Below, in pieces: positions 29,601 to 42,094 of a stretch of 64,000 nt of DNA (position 1 is its first letter; every line of letters starts with the position of its first letter). Under the pieces are notes generated by a model. The model had not been told where the DNA came from, ran no database searches, and saw only the letters and a program-made list of their open reading frames with translations. Source of the stretch: Bugula neritina (lineage: Eukaryota > Animalia > Bryozoa); contig OZ037767.1 in NCBI GenBank assembly GCA_964035545.1, positions 28,350,628-28,414,627 on the forward strand, in the 5' to 3' direction. The translations under genes and the position numbers were made by a program.

Positions 29601-30080
29601 TTCTTTTAGATGATTCAATCAATAACATAAGACACTACAACATGGTTTTGCAGTTATAGAGTATTAATTTTCTGGCTCTTTCCAAATCTTCATAGAAGGC
29701 AAAGAAAACCACCGTCAGCTTGCCTTTATAACTGAGTGCACGCGTCTTCCACCTACAGATGATGATTAACAATTTGCTGGTGTGGAACTTTCTAATTTTG
29801 TTTACAATGAAGATAGATTATAGGACATTATTCTTTATGTAAAGATTGTCAAGTTTTGTTATAATTAAGAACAGTTTTAGTTTCAATAAATCAGTTCAAC
29901 ATTATGGACATCATTGCACAAGCATTTTAATCTTTACTATCTACAAAGGTATCTGATGGACTACTTAAAAATACAAAACTATGCTCCAGATACACAATGC
30001 ACTGACCAGCAAAGTTAATATGAGTTGGAGATGTAGAACATAATATCTTGTTCAAGGCTTTTCCCTGCTGTTGGAACCTT

Positions 30081-31721
30081 CTACTTCAGAACACTGAATT
30101 GAACAAACATATGTAGATATATGAAACTTTGCAAAAAATAATAATGTGAAATTAGTTGCTAAGTATCACATTGCTAATAAATACAGCATTGTGTAATGTT
30201 TTATTTAATTTTTTTTTTGAGCCATTGGATCTATAGGCCCGCATAGTATTTACTATATTATAACTAATAAATTGCAGACACATTATGTCAGACCAGTTTC
30301 CATTTAAATAGAATAGTGTAGGCTATCAAATTTGTAGAAGTAAAAAACCGCATTCATATTTAGTAAAATACTTGCCTTTTTTTCATAATGCCTCTACTGC
30401 TAAAAAGAGAAGTTTTTATCAATACAGCTCCATCAATCTGTATCCTGATGAAGCTAGTAGTTTAGGAACATTTGTGAGGGGGGGGGAGTGTAGGCTGAGC
30501 TGCAGTATAGGAAGAACCCCAACATATGTAATCTATTCAGCACATTATATGTATATTTATTCAAAAAAGGATTTAGAAAATGCTTTATGAAGAGATGAAC
30601 AAAGTAAAAATTAATGCTGGTGAAAGTAATATTATTACACCCATTAGAATTACTAGCAGCTATAGCATTAAAATTATGTATTTTCATAAAAATGTGTCTA
30701 ATTTATGCTACAAAGTTATTACTGCCAAAGGTTACAAAATTTACCAGTCACATTCATGCAGCTGGCGGAGAATAACTAACTTTCACTTGCAATAAATATT
30801 ATATAATATATTGATAATTATTGGAATCATAATTATATTTATTGTTATGATCATTATGATTATAATTATTTAATATTATCTTTATGTTTGTATTTAAAGT
30901 TGTTTAAGTTTTATAAATTTATTATAATTATATTTCTGTATAAGTATTAGTATAATTAAATTATTATAATTTATATTTTATTATTTATATTTATTTCACT
31001 TTTTATTTCAAGACCAGCAGTTCAAATTGAAATTAATACTTGTGTCGTTTGCTTTATATTATAACTTACAAGTATAACTATTAACATAATAATATTACAT
31101 TTGCTATTAGTATTACTATGAATATAAATATTTATATTAATATAGCTATCGGTATAACTTATAGTTATAGTTATACTTATAGTTATAACTAATATTATAA
31201 CTATAAGTATAAGTATTAGTTTCGAAACTGATCCTGCTCCGTAACATTAACATACTGATACTGTCATATGATTATCATTATGACTAATAATAGTATTAAT
31301 AAATATAACCATTGAATATTATTAATAATAGTTCACCAATAGGCGATAGTCATAGACTTAGAGTGAGAGTCAATGTCATAGAAATAGAGTTAGACTAGTG
31401 ATACTCATACTGATACTCATACTGTGATTCACTGATTCAGTTACAAATTTCAAAACTTGGTTTTACGTAGACAACTACTAATCTATAATTCATCACAAAA
31501 CGGTTGAAAATCATCATTTACTGCATATTTAAGAGTAATTTTCTGATAGTGTGGTCGACATGATAATTGAAATTAAAATAGGGAAAATAATTATTTTGTG
31601 ATTTACAGCAAGTTACAAACTAGCGAAATGGAATAGTCCATTTGAAAACAGTTAAATTAGTTACCTTTCTTGATGTTGCGTAGCTAACGTTAGTTATTAG
31701 TAGCCGCCCGAAGAGTAACAT
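30081..31721 (-). other. Candidate 4-exon small-ORF gene or spliced lncRNA (54 aa, unrecognised)
   Basis: Putative exons 31721-31665 (ATG...AAG|gtaact), 30761-30745, 30453-30376 (AG|gcaagt GC donor) and 30093-30081 join without internal stops: MLLFGRLLITNVSYATSRKLHECDCFIRIQIDGAVLIKTSLFSSRGIMKKSVLK. No homology recognised. Confidence 0.35.
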
Positions 31722-31749
31722 TCATGTGATTTGAGCTACGAATAACGAG

Positions 31750-32010
31750 AATCTGTGACAAACCCGCTTCTTAATAACTTTACGCGATATAAACTCACGC
31801 TACAACTGGGCTATTTTGCCATCCCCACGTCACGGAGGGCACGCTCGCGGGCAAGTCTGGGCAAGTCTAAGACACCTAATATGACCACTTTTACTTACAT
31901 TTTTGTAGTGTTTTCGTATAAGAAATTGGGTAAAATGCTGATAAAACAGTTGAAAAGCATGCAAACTTTTGCTCAAATGTAATAAATAACCTGGAAACTT
32001 ACCGCCTTTA
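31750..32010 (-). mobile_element. Possible TTAA-flanked (Kolobok-like) non-autonomous element end
   Basis: CpG-rich segment ending accgcctttaa (reverse complement TTAA-AGGCGGTAAG), loosely similar to ttaaaggtggcagattcc at 35213. The partner terminal repeat was not found. Confidence 0.3.
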
Positions 32011-34481
32011 AGTTCTAAACCCTTCTCGTTTTGAGATTACTAAACATTACGTGTTTTTAACTAGTTTATTTTTAAAATTAATTAATAAAATTAATAAAAA
32101 CCTTAAGCTATAGTACTGTGGTTGAAATTTGTTATATAAGACTCTCAAGTTATTTAATAGAAAACCACACGATGGCTGAATTTCATCATTATAAGTGGTG
32201 ATCAAACAGCATAGAGATGCTTTGGATTGTAAAGTTAAATTCAAATTTATTTCAATGTGGCTGAAGGGATGGAGGCTAACAAAATATGTTTTCTTCCGTT
32301 TTTATCAGATCAAAGGAAATAGAATAATACATGTAGGATGGGATTTGAATTAGCAGCCTACTGTTTAACGCAATTCTTGCTCTTTCTATACTACTTTTAG
32401 AAAATTGGAAGAAAATTGTTTGTAATAATTAGGAAGCATAATAGTGTATTCAATTCCCATGTAAATATTCAAAAGCCACAAAATGCAATTGCTATAAATA
32501 CACCAAAGTAACGCACCATGTATGCCTTTTCCTATTTAATGGATCTTACTCAAAGTTTAGAATATAGTATGTTTAAAGCTGTTAGAATTAATGTCGGGTA
32601 TTAAACTATACATTAAACATGCTTTTTGCTAGTTCTTTCTTAAAAGTTCATTTAATTTTTCATCAATAGACACAAAATCTCAACATTATTAAAGCTGCAT
32701 GGCCTACAAATTAGCCAATTTCAACACATCTATACTATGTTATGCTTGATGTCTCTATTTTTAGAATATTTTTGGCAGACAAAACATATGTCTATATATG
32801 GAAAATATATAATACTTGAATGAGGAAAGCCGCCACAATTAAAACTCATCTGAAGTGAAGCACAACACTTGAGGCATTTCTGTTTATATAATTTATATAA
32901 TGTTAATATTATTTTTGAAATTTATGCTTGAAAACTTTCCGAATTGCCACTTTTAAATATTAATAACTTCTAAAATTAATTTTGACACTAGTAAAATAAA
33001 TGTACTTGTTATGCTTATATATATAAGTGTGACTATAAATAATATTTCATTGTCTTTGCTCAGCCATAAAATGAGGTCAGGACAAAAATAAATGTCAGAT
33101 GAGAGCTGAAATGTCAATAAAATTTAATGTAAGAAAGTTGATATTGGCAACTGAGCTCTGTGTACTGTAAACTGGGTCACAGATACCTCCTTGACTATAC
33201 TTTCTTCGGTCTGTTTAGAGAGACAAGGGGGGGGGGGGGTAGGGGGAGGGGAGAACAATAGCAACAGTGGATGTCTTGTGTGGTGTTTTAGCTCATTAGC
33301 TTTAAAAATAAAATGCTAATAAAAGCTTGCATTTTAAAACTTTAAATGTTTTTTATCCAAAATTAAGTTAATAAGGGTTTTAGTAACCTAAAGAGCGTTG
33401 AACACGATATGCAGTATGTGTATTGTATATTTATTTCCTTTTACTTTTCTTCCATTAATCATTGTATTCAATTTTATACTATTAGAAACTTTTTCTGCGC
33501 TACCTGAGTAGGGCAGAGTTTGATTAGGTGAAGATTAGAAACTTTTTTCTGCTTTTGGAAGACTGAAAAGCAAATTGCATGTACATACATTCTAACATAA
33601 CTACGTTTAGATCAGTTGGTATATATTAAAGTATTACTTAAAACAAGGAAACCGTTCAAAAATTTATAAGTTTATTCGGTAAAAGCGGCAATTGAATCTC
33701 TACCATTGAAACTTGGTTATAATGTGGAGAAGAAGCAAAGGGGCCAAAAACTATAATTATTTTCCATTCAATCATTTGATAGGTTATTAATAAAGATCAT
33801 AATATACGTCAATCCATCAAATTTATCAGAATTTAGGAATCTCTTTCAATTATATATGTATTATGTTAAAAAACATCAAGTTTCCTAAACAATCCCCAAA
33901 TTCTTTTGCGAAGATTTATTCCTTACCAAATACTGATTTGCATGAGATTAGTCTATGCAACAGAAACTAGTTGCGACTGGCACAAGATATGCAGTCTACA
34001 GACAGTACAACAGATACCACACTGTTTCTAAGGCTAAAACATATCAAATTCACCGTATGCATGTAAGTGGTATTATATAGCATCTCTTTCAAAGCTATAT
34101 GAATCATAATATACATACATTCCAATAACACAATTTTTACAATAAATTGTTGCACTTATTAACTACTTTCTACTGCGAGTGTAATTGTTCAAAACAAAGA
34201 CTTTGTGAAAATAGTAGTTGACGAATAAAAGCTTGAGGGGCATAATACACCCTCTTTAAGTTAGATGAATCAATATCATTGTTCATCAGATTTGTTCAAC
34301 TCATTTACAGATTAGATGTGCAACAATTTTTTTAAAGCAAATTATCGCTTAAAGTATACGTCAACCAGAGAGTGTGTAAACTTGTGTTAGAATATTATAC
34401 ATACATAATTTTGTACAGTAATACTCATAAATGCATGAAAACACCCATCCATTTAGCTATTGAAAACTTTTAAGCTAATTC

Positions 34482-34667
34482 ACACAAGTTTATAGTCACT
34501 ATCCCCGATAGAAAGGAGTTTTTAAGGCTAAAAACTTATTCATATGCTGCACAAGAGCAATTATGATTGGATGCTTTTTTCAACACCACCAATGGCCTTT
34601 ACTGGGGTTTGAACCCATTACTTCCTGTTTACTCAGCCAGTGCTCTAACTCCTAAACCACCGCTGCT
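34482..34667 (-). mobile_element. tRNA-derived SINE, copy 3 (more diverged)
   Basis: Reverse complement agcagcggtggtttaggagttagagc...gggttcaaacccc...ggtggtgttgaaaaagcatccaatcataattgctc...gactataaacttg is homologous to the other two copies. Confidence 0.8.
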
Positions 34668-36904
34668 AAAATCAAACTGACATTCATTTATTCAAGCAGC
34701 ATTTTGTGTAGTTGAAGAAGAGAATTATCACGGCACCAATAAGAGAACAGCTCTGTGCTAATGAGTTACTCGACTATTTCAAATTATTAAATATTACTCC
34801 TGTTGAATTCGGAATAGTTTTGGCGGTGAAGTTCAATGTGTTTGCAGATACGTGTTATTTCGGAATCATCTTTTCTCTGAGACATCAGGAGACGAAGTGA
34901 TGCTTTAGATTACAGCATAGAGTTTAAAAAATATATCAAGTCTACAGCAGCCTATTACGGTGTTAATTACATCATGATATGAACAACCCTAGATATGCTA
35001 AGAATGTCAAGATGCTAAAAGCTAATATGCGCACATATGTATTTTGTGTGCTGATTGTAAATTGGGATATAACTCACAATAATGTGACGAAACATTAGCT
35101 AAATGTTCAATTTTAATTTAGTAACGAGACTCTTAGAACATTTTTATAGCTTGATAAAATAATTTAATTTAGTTTAATTACAAAAATTGGCAGTATTTTA
35201 GTTTTTTGTCTTTTAAAGGTGGCAGATTCCTTATATATTTCAAGTCAATAGTTCAGCTTTTCTGATTACTCAAGAAAATTAAAATGAGTCAAGTTTTAGA
35301 AGCATTTGTTTAAGTGATTAGCGGTGATTATGATTGATAATACTGGCCTGTCTTCAGTTGCTAAGCAGTTGATGAACAAAATTTAGTCTGTTGCACAACG
35401 TCTGACGCAGATAGTAACCGAGCAGCCACGGTCAACTTGCAAAAAATAGCTCACGTGTAGGGGCAGGTGGAGGCAGAGCTAGCATTGAATATAAATCGAC
35501 CACAAATGTCCAAGTATGTCTATAAGCACTTGGTCATGATATTAAAACTATGTGACTTTCAGAAGTCTTTATCTTTTGACCACACAGCATGAACATTCGA
35601 TGATTTAATTGCAATTTCAAATTTTTAAATTAACCATAAAGATAGCATAAGTAGTGACAAAAGGAGAATTTTGCCCTACTTTGCCCTCAAGGCCCAGCGT
35701 ACATAGATGATAATTTCAAAACAAATAAATTATTCAATTTTTTGAAATCTTTTGAATTGAAACATTTTACATTGTTGTAAGGTGTGTGAACATATAGTTT
35801 GTAAATTTAGACCATAATATTATATTCACCAACATTCATACAGTTTAGCACAACTTGAGTAGCCAAACTTCTCATAAAGTTAATCTTAATTGCTGGAGAA
35901 TTTTAATAAGCTAGTAAATAGAGGAGTTTATATTCTAAAACACACTCACAACTTGAAAAGTAAGTTGAAATATTTATTAGACTTGCAGTAAATACTTTGC
36001 AAACTAACATAAAGCAGACATGAAGGTTAATATTGACAGTAAAAGACGGTGTTCATAATATTTTACAACATAAAGTTATATGATAATGTTACTAGCGACA
36101 CGTAAATAGACTGATATCAATGAATAAACGCCAGGTGAAGTTGAATGTCTCAATGTTGCTAATTATTGGAGCATAAAGAGGGAGAAATATTGGTGTTATA
36201 TCATTGATTATGTTTTTACAAAAAGAACCTGAGCAGGTATTGTCATTATACAGCTGAAAAATGTACGGGGAGGGGAAATAACTGACTACACTGAGAATTG
36301 AACCAAATCTCTAACTTGCAAGCCGCGTGCTATACATTACACTGTCTACTGGGGAATCATAGTGTTATAGATCTATAAATCTGGTCTTCGATGAGAATTG
36401 ATGATTTGCTATGCAATGTATCAGTGGTTACCCTCCTTGTCATAGACCACCTACTTTGTTAGGACAGAGCCATCGTTATATTCATTCATTATCTTTTGAT
36501 TTACTAAAATCCCATTTATGTCAAAAATTGACACATGGCATTTAAGACTGATTGAAATTTTCTTAAGTTAATAGATTTGGCTGCCACAATTTAGCATTAG
36601 GCTTGTAATATCAAAAAATAGTTCCTTATACATGTTCAATTACGTCTCATAACATTGGAACAGTTGCTGCAGTAGTTATAGCTCAGACCTTTGGAATGAA
36701 GTTAGACTAAATAAAATAATACTTTGACTTGAAGGCTAGTTTATATCCTATTTGTTCATATTACACTTACTTGTTGGTAAATAGAGTACTGTATAGAAAC
36801 AGCTGGACAAGTAAAAAAACGTTTTGAATAAGTTTAAAAAAAGAAAATAGTCTCTGAAAGTCTGGTGTGTTATTACTTGACACATGAAAGGGTCTGTCAT
36901 GGAG

Positions 36905-36965
36905 ATTTTATCCTCATTTCTGCACATGTATATCTTATCTTCATTTCTGCACATGTATATCTTAT
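36905..36965. repeat. 27-bp duplication (TTATCYTCATTTCTGCACATGTATATC x2)
   Basis: Seen directly. Confidence 0.85.
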
Positions 36966-39900
36966 GCTTAGAATGTTTATTTATTGGCCAATGTTGGTAT
37001 GAAATGTCATACCAAACAATTTTTGATTTAGGCCAATTTAATAGGCACCAGCTAACACATTCCTCGGCCAAGGTTGATATGTGATATAACTTCATTACTT
37101 GTGCACATTTTCTTGAGTTCTTTAGAACAAGAGTTCTACGAAGTTTATTTATTAGCTCTAAAGTCAAACCAATTGTGAGTGGTTACATACATATTCTGGC
37201 TGATTCTTTTCAATGTAAAGATGGAAAGTAAAGTTCAACCAAAGATCAAAGTAAAAATAGTTTAGGCTAATTTTGCTTCAGAGCGCTTAGAAGGAATACC
37301 AGAGAGCTAGTAGGCCTCAGAGCTGTCAGAATAGACAATCTCTAAAGTCAATGAAATGCACGAATTAGGCTATTTAAAAAGTGTCAAAGTTGAACCACAA
37401 CAGGGGAAAGTATGCACCCTGGAGCTAACAAAATGGATTACGACAAATTGGTGTCACCCCCTGATAAAGCGGTTTCATAGGTAAACCTCACTCTATTAAA
37501 GAGAGGTTTCACCAACTGGTTTATATAAAGTTTTTTAGACTGATATTAAGCTAGGATGATCTAACTCAAAACCTGCAGTTGGCTGAGTAAACAAGATATT
37601 CAGGTGACGCCCAAGTCAAGAAGTTAAGCCGAGGTGTTGAGGGTACTTTGGTAAACACTTCAAAAGACGATTGGCTTATATACAATAAGAAATATAATGG
37701 GATGTGGAGTCCTTTTGGGTGCAGAAATGCAAATTTTTGTTTTTGATTACTTATGTAACAGGCACCTAATAAAGTAATGCTGTTTAAAAACCTGAACACA
37801 AGGTCAAGGTGAAAATGAGATATAAATAGATCACTTTGACTAGAACTACTTGCAAATAAACAATATTAAACATCAGAACTTTGCAAGTCAAAATTTTCCT
37901 GCTGATATTTTTGATGGCTTAAAGCCTTAAACCAGTACAGGCTGCTTTGGTAATGGACTAAAATTTTTAATGATTTCTGCAAACAAGTAAGATGTCATTA
38001 AAGTTGTGTAGGCGAATAGTAAAAATACATTGGTGATTATATAATTTACAAAAACTTTGAAAATGTAAGAAAGTTTAGTTTTATACAATAAATGATCAAC
38101 AACTGCAAACTATTCCACGCTAGCTGGTATTCACAGGACTCATATAGTGTATTCATGATTGTCACACATTTTAACAATTATTATTTAATACATACGTAGT
38201 TCATCACATCAACAAGATCATGTTTTTTGCAATTAGTAAAATTAGTTTTTTATACTATTGTCATTTTCATCAAACTCATAATGAATTTTTCACAGTATAT
38301 GCTGATATAAAAGCAATTAATCAATTATAATAATTTTTGTATGTTGTCATATTGTGCACAACATATGCATTTTACAATTTTTTATGTTCCTTCACCTTTT
38401 TTATCACCAAATAATAGTTGGAAAATTATAAGTTTCCGCAATAGTATAAGTTTACAATTAGCATAATACTAATTAAAAGCCACACTTGCTGTTACAGTCC
38501 ACCCTTAGTTACTACCAGAAGATGATGTTGGGTGTTGAAGTTAAGCATCTCACTCTATATACTCATAGATCCAACTTACAAAGCTAACGCCAGCCTACAT
38601 GTTGACTATAGACCTGCATGCCAATTATTATAATGGCTGTTAGGGTTATTTCCTTTGCTTAAACCGTATTAACCTTAACTAATTACCAAATAATGGTCAT
38701 ACTTTAACACGTTGTTTCATGTTGGCAAAGCATAGGTGTTATAAAACATTCTTGTAATAAATTAAAATAATTGCAACATAAAGAGTTATCTCCCAATTAT
38801 CTGAAGTCATTCCAAACCCAAACCTCAAATTGACAATTAGAAACTTGAGTGATATAATATTAAATATTGTTTCATCTGAAGTTAAAAGAGTTTATTTTAA
38901 ATAATTTCTAAAAGCTCATACTAATATATATATGATAGTTGGTAGAGTTTTATTCACATTCTATTTATCATAAATTGTATACTATTTCAAATCATTCCCT
39001 TTATTTATCTGTCGTACAGTTATTTGATGAGAAGCTTGAAAATTTGAGGCATTTATTTGAATGATCTTGTTACTATAACTATAAGGATCTGGTGTAGTAA
39101 CCAAATGGTAGGATTCCAAACATGCGATGCATGCATTCAAACAGAAAGTATGCATGAATTCTTGAATATTGAGATTCCAGCCAACAATTTATAGATAAAT
39201 CATAGACTGGACAATAAGAATCGAGTGAAGACATTAGAATTAATTATCTGTATTGTAATAAGTTAATTAAATAGATATTTGCGGCATTTTTAATATTATA
39301 TTGTCCACTTTGAGCACAAGTGCAATCATGGGCAAACACTTATCCCATGCTAATGTGTTTCTACTTTCTTTGAAAAACTTCAGCACAATGATAAAGTGTG
39401 GTCTCCTGAGAGCAGCTTAAAATCTATCTGTTGAGTACTGGGATGTATTTTGGCTTAGCTTGGTTTTGAAGTTGGAAACAGGATTGCTTTGTTTTGTAAT
39501 AAGACAACTCCCTAAGCCATCATGGTCTGTTAGAACTAATGAAATGTGGAAAAAACTGTAATTTCGCATCCTTTTTAATGGATATAGCAGAAATCTACTT
39601 TAAACGATGTTGTAGTGCCTTAGAAACTGCTATGAACTGTGCTTATGGACAATTTATCTTTTAGCCTGAACTAACAAAAATTATTATGAATTTATTTTGT
39701 TTCAACTCTGCAAGTAAGGCTAGCTACAATTTTCTGAACAACTTTAATTTAAATAATTATTTTATAACACTGCTCTGATATGCCATTGGCTGTATATAGC
39801 AGGCTAGTTATGAGAATTAGAAGGAAAAGATGCATGTATGTGTAAGAATAACTTTAGGAAACAATTAATTAAAAGATTAACATATAACCTCTTCTTTACT

Positions 39901-42094
39901 ATAATTACAGCTTACTTTTAAATTAATAATCAAGTAGGATTTTATGTACTTCTTCAACGAACAGCGGCTACAAAATTAACAAGTATGTATAATCAATAAT
40001 ACTACTGATGGAGATATTGCAAGAAAACAATACATGCGTTGATACCACATCATAGTCATCATTTAAACATGTATCCTAAGTGTAATCCAATAAAATAATG
40101 CTGCTATTGGTTGAATTAGAATGGAATTTATTTGTACTGTTAGGAAACTTTTTTTATCTTCAATTATTGGAGATTATTGCCAGACTAAGGATTAAACAGA
40201 GAAAAGTAATAACGCTGTGGTGTGATTTGCATATTATCTCATTCAATGAGTTGAATGGTAAGAAAATTTTACCCGGGTGCACAATAACAGTTAAGCACAA
40301 GAAATTGCTCTGGGTCGGCATATGAAGTCTTGATGGTGTGTCAGATTAGAAGCAAGCTAAGCTAATGTCACCGGGACAGGCGGTGATTTATATTATGGTG
40401 GTGATTTATATTGACTTTATATTTATAGAGCTTATGTATTGCATGAGCCATTTCTTTCCAACTACTTTTGCCACTGCAGGTGTAAAATCTTATATGTATG
40501 TGCATTATTTTGGAACGTAGCCTACTCTGTTATTGAGATTTGCAGTTTTCAAATGCACGTAAATACAATTATATAAGTGAAATGCTAAGATTGCACATAG
40601 CTATAATCATTAAAGACAATTTCTAGGAAATCAAAGACACATTAGGATGGCACCTTCCAGCCTTCCAATAGCCACAAATAATTTACATGAGTTAAATTTT
40701 TTCTTTATGAATCCTACATTTTGCTCTAGCTCACACTGGCTATTTATATTTATAAATAAAAAAGTGAGGCCAATAGTTCAATCACAAATAAATGCAACCC
40801 AAACTACTTTCCAATTGTAACTTGTAAGTTGGTTTGCCTTTGAAAGCTGGAACAAAGAACAGAAAAACATTTATTAAGTTGAGTTGTTGATAATCCAATT
40901 GCAGTGGAACACATTTGCTATAATAACCATAATCTTGGCATCTGATTAAACAACTTAGAAACATTTAAGTTGGTAATAATGTGGGGGAACACGGACTTTA
41001 GTAGTGTAAATTTTAAGCATTAACGACTGGCTGCAACGTAGAATACAATTGGCTTAAACAATTACCATGTGTTGTATGTGTGCGTGTGCTAGGCACCGAG
41101 ATTGTACGCACGTACACAAGGCTGTTCTTTAGATTAACATCAGTAAGTTTTCATAAATTTTGTTTATGGAGTTGTCATTTCTCCAAAGACAATATCTATT
41201 AGTGTAGGGTGCTGGTCCTATGATTTTAATGATTAAATAAACATATCTACTGGTATGTAAACTCTTATAACTATTACGAACTAAATTTATATTTCATTTG
41301 CATTACTAGTTTTCATCAATTTAACTTTAACTAAGTTTGAAAAAAATGATTATATAACACAGAGTGAGTCAAGTAGCTACCTTGTAAAGCAAGAGACAGG
41401 TGCTGTGTACAGTAGTTGTGCAGGATAACAAAATATAGTCAAAACCTTTTGAAAGTCTACAAAGACTTTTGAAACAAATAAAAAGCCTGAAAAATGATTG
41501 TTTGTGTTTTTTAATAGCTTGATGAAGCAAAATTTAAAAATTAGGCTGATTGATGGCATTTCCATGAATATTATAAATATAGATAAAAGAGAGGACTTCA
41601 ACACAAAAGTGCAGAATGTGTCAAACTTTTAAAAATACATTGCAAAAGCAGCCAGAAGTGTGATAAAGGTATAAAAATGGGAACCATTTGCACTGATAGA
41701 TGTGGGTTGCACGCCAGTAGCAAGTCATTGACCAACTTATAGTTGAGCAATATTACATGTCAATAAAAAGACGTCAACAACCAGTGACAACTTGCAACTA
41801 GATAAGCTGATATACAAGTTAGTAATCATCCTCAGAATCCTGGTATAAGAACAGAAAAGGTTTTGCAGAGCTTATAACTTAAGCAGTAGGTTGACAGATG
41901 AACATTATATTAAGCCCAACATTTCTGGTATAATTATTAACACAAATGATGTTTCACAAGCGTCTTTAGTTTATAGATTAAAATAATTAAAACGCATAAA
42001 TAAGATTGATTGATGTAGTTATACACAAAATTACTTAAAACAACATCAAGTAAGATGCAAGAACAGATAAGGAAAAAGCACAGAAAAAAATGCT

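Noticed and set aside
31436-31518. Minus-strand ATGATGA / GTGATGA ... CTGA resembling a C/D-box snoRNA
   Set aside because: Box spacing is atypical, there is no clear terminal stem and I could not recognise an rRNA-complementary guide; a snoRNA search would be needed.
32010-35213. TTAAAGG termini at 32010 (-) and 35213 (+) as two ends of one transposon
   Set aside because: They point away from each other, so they cannot bound a single element.
36283-36352. tRNA-like sequence on the minus strand (ggttcaattctc B-box)
   Set aside because: No intact cloverleaf; at most a degenerate SINE head.
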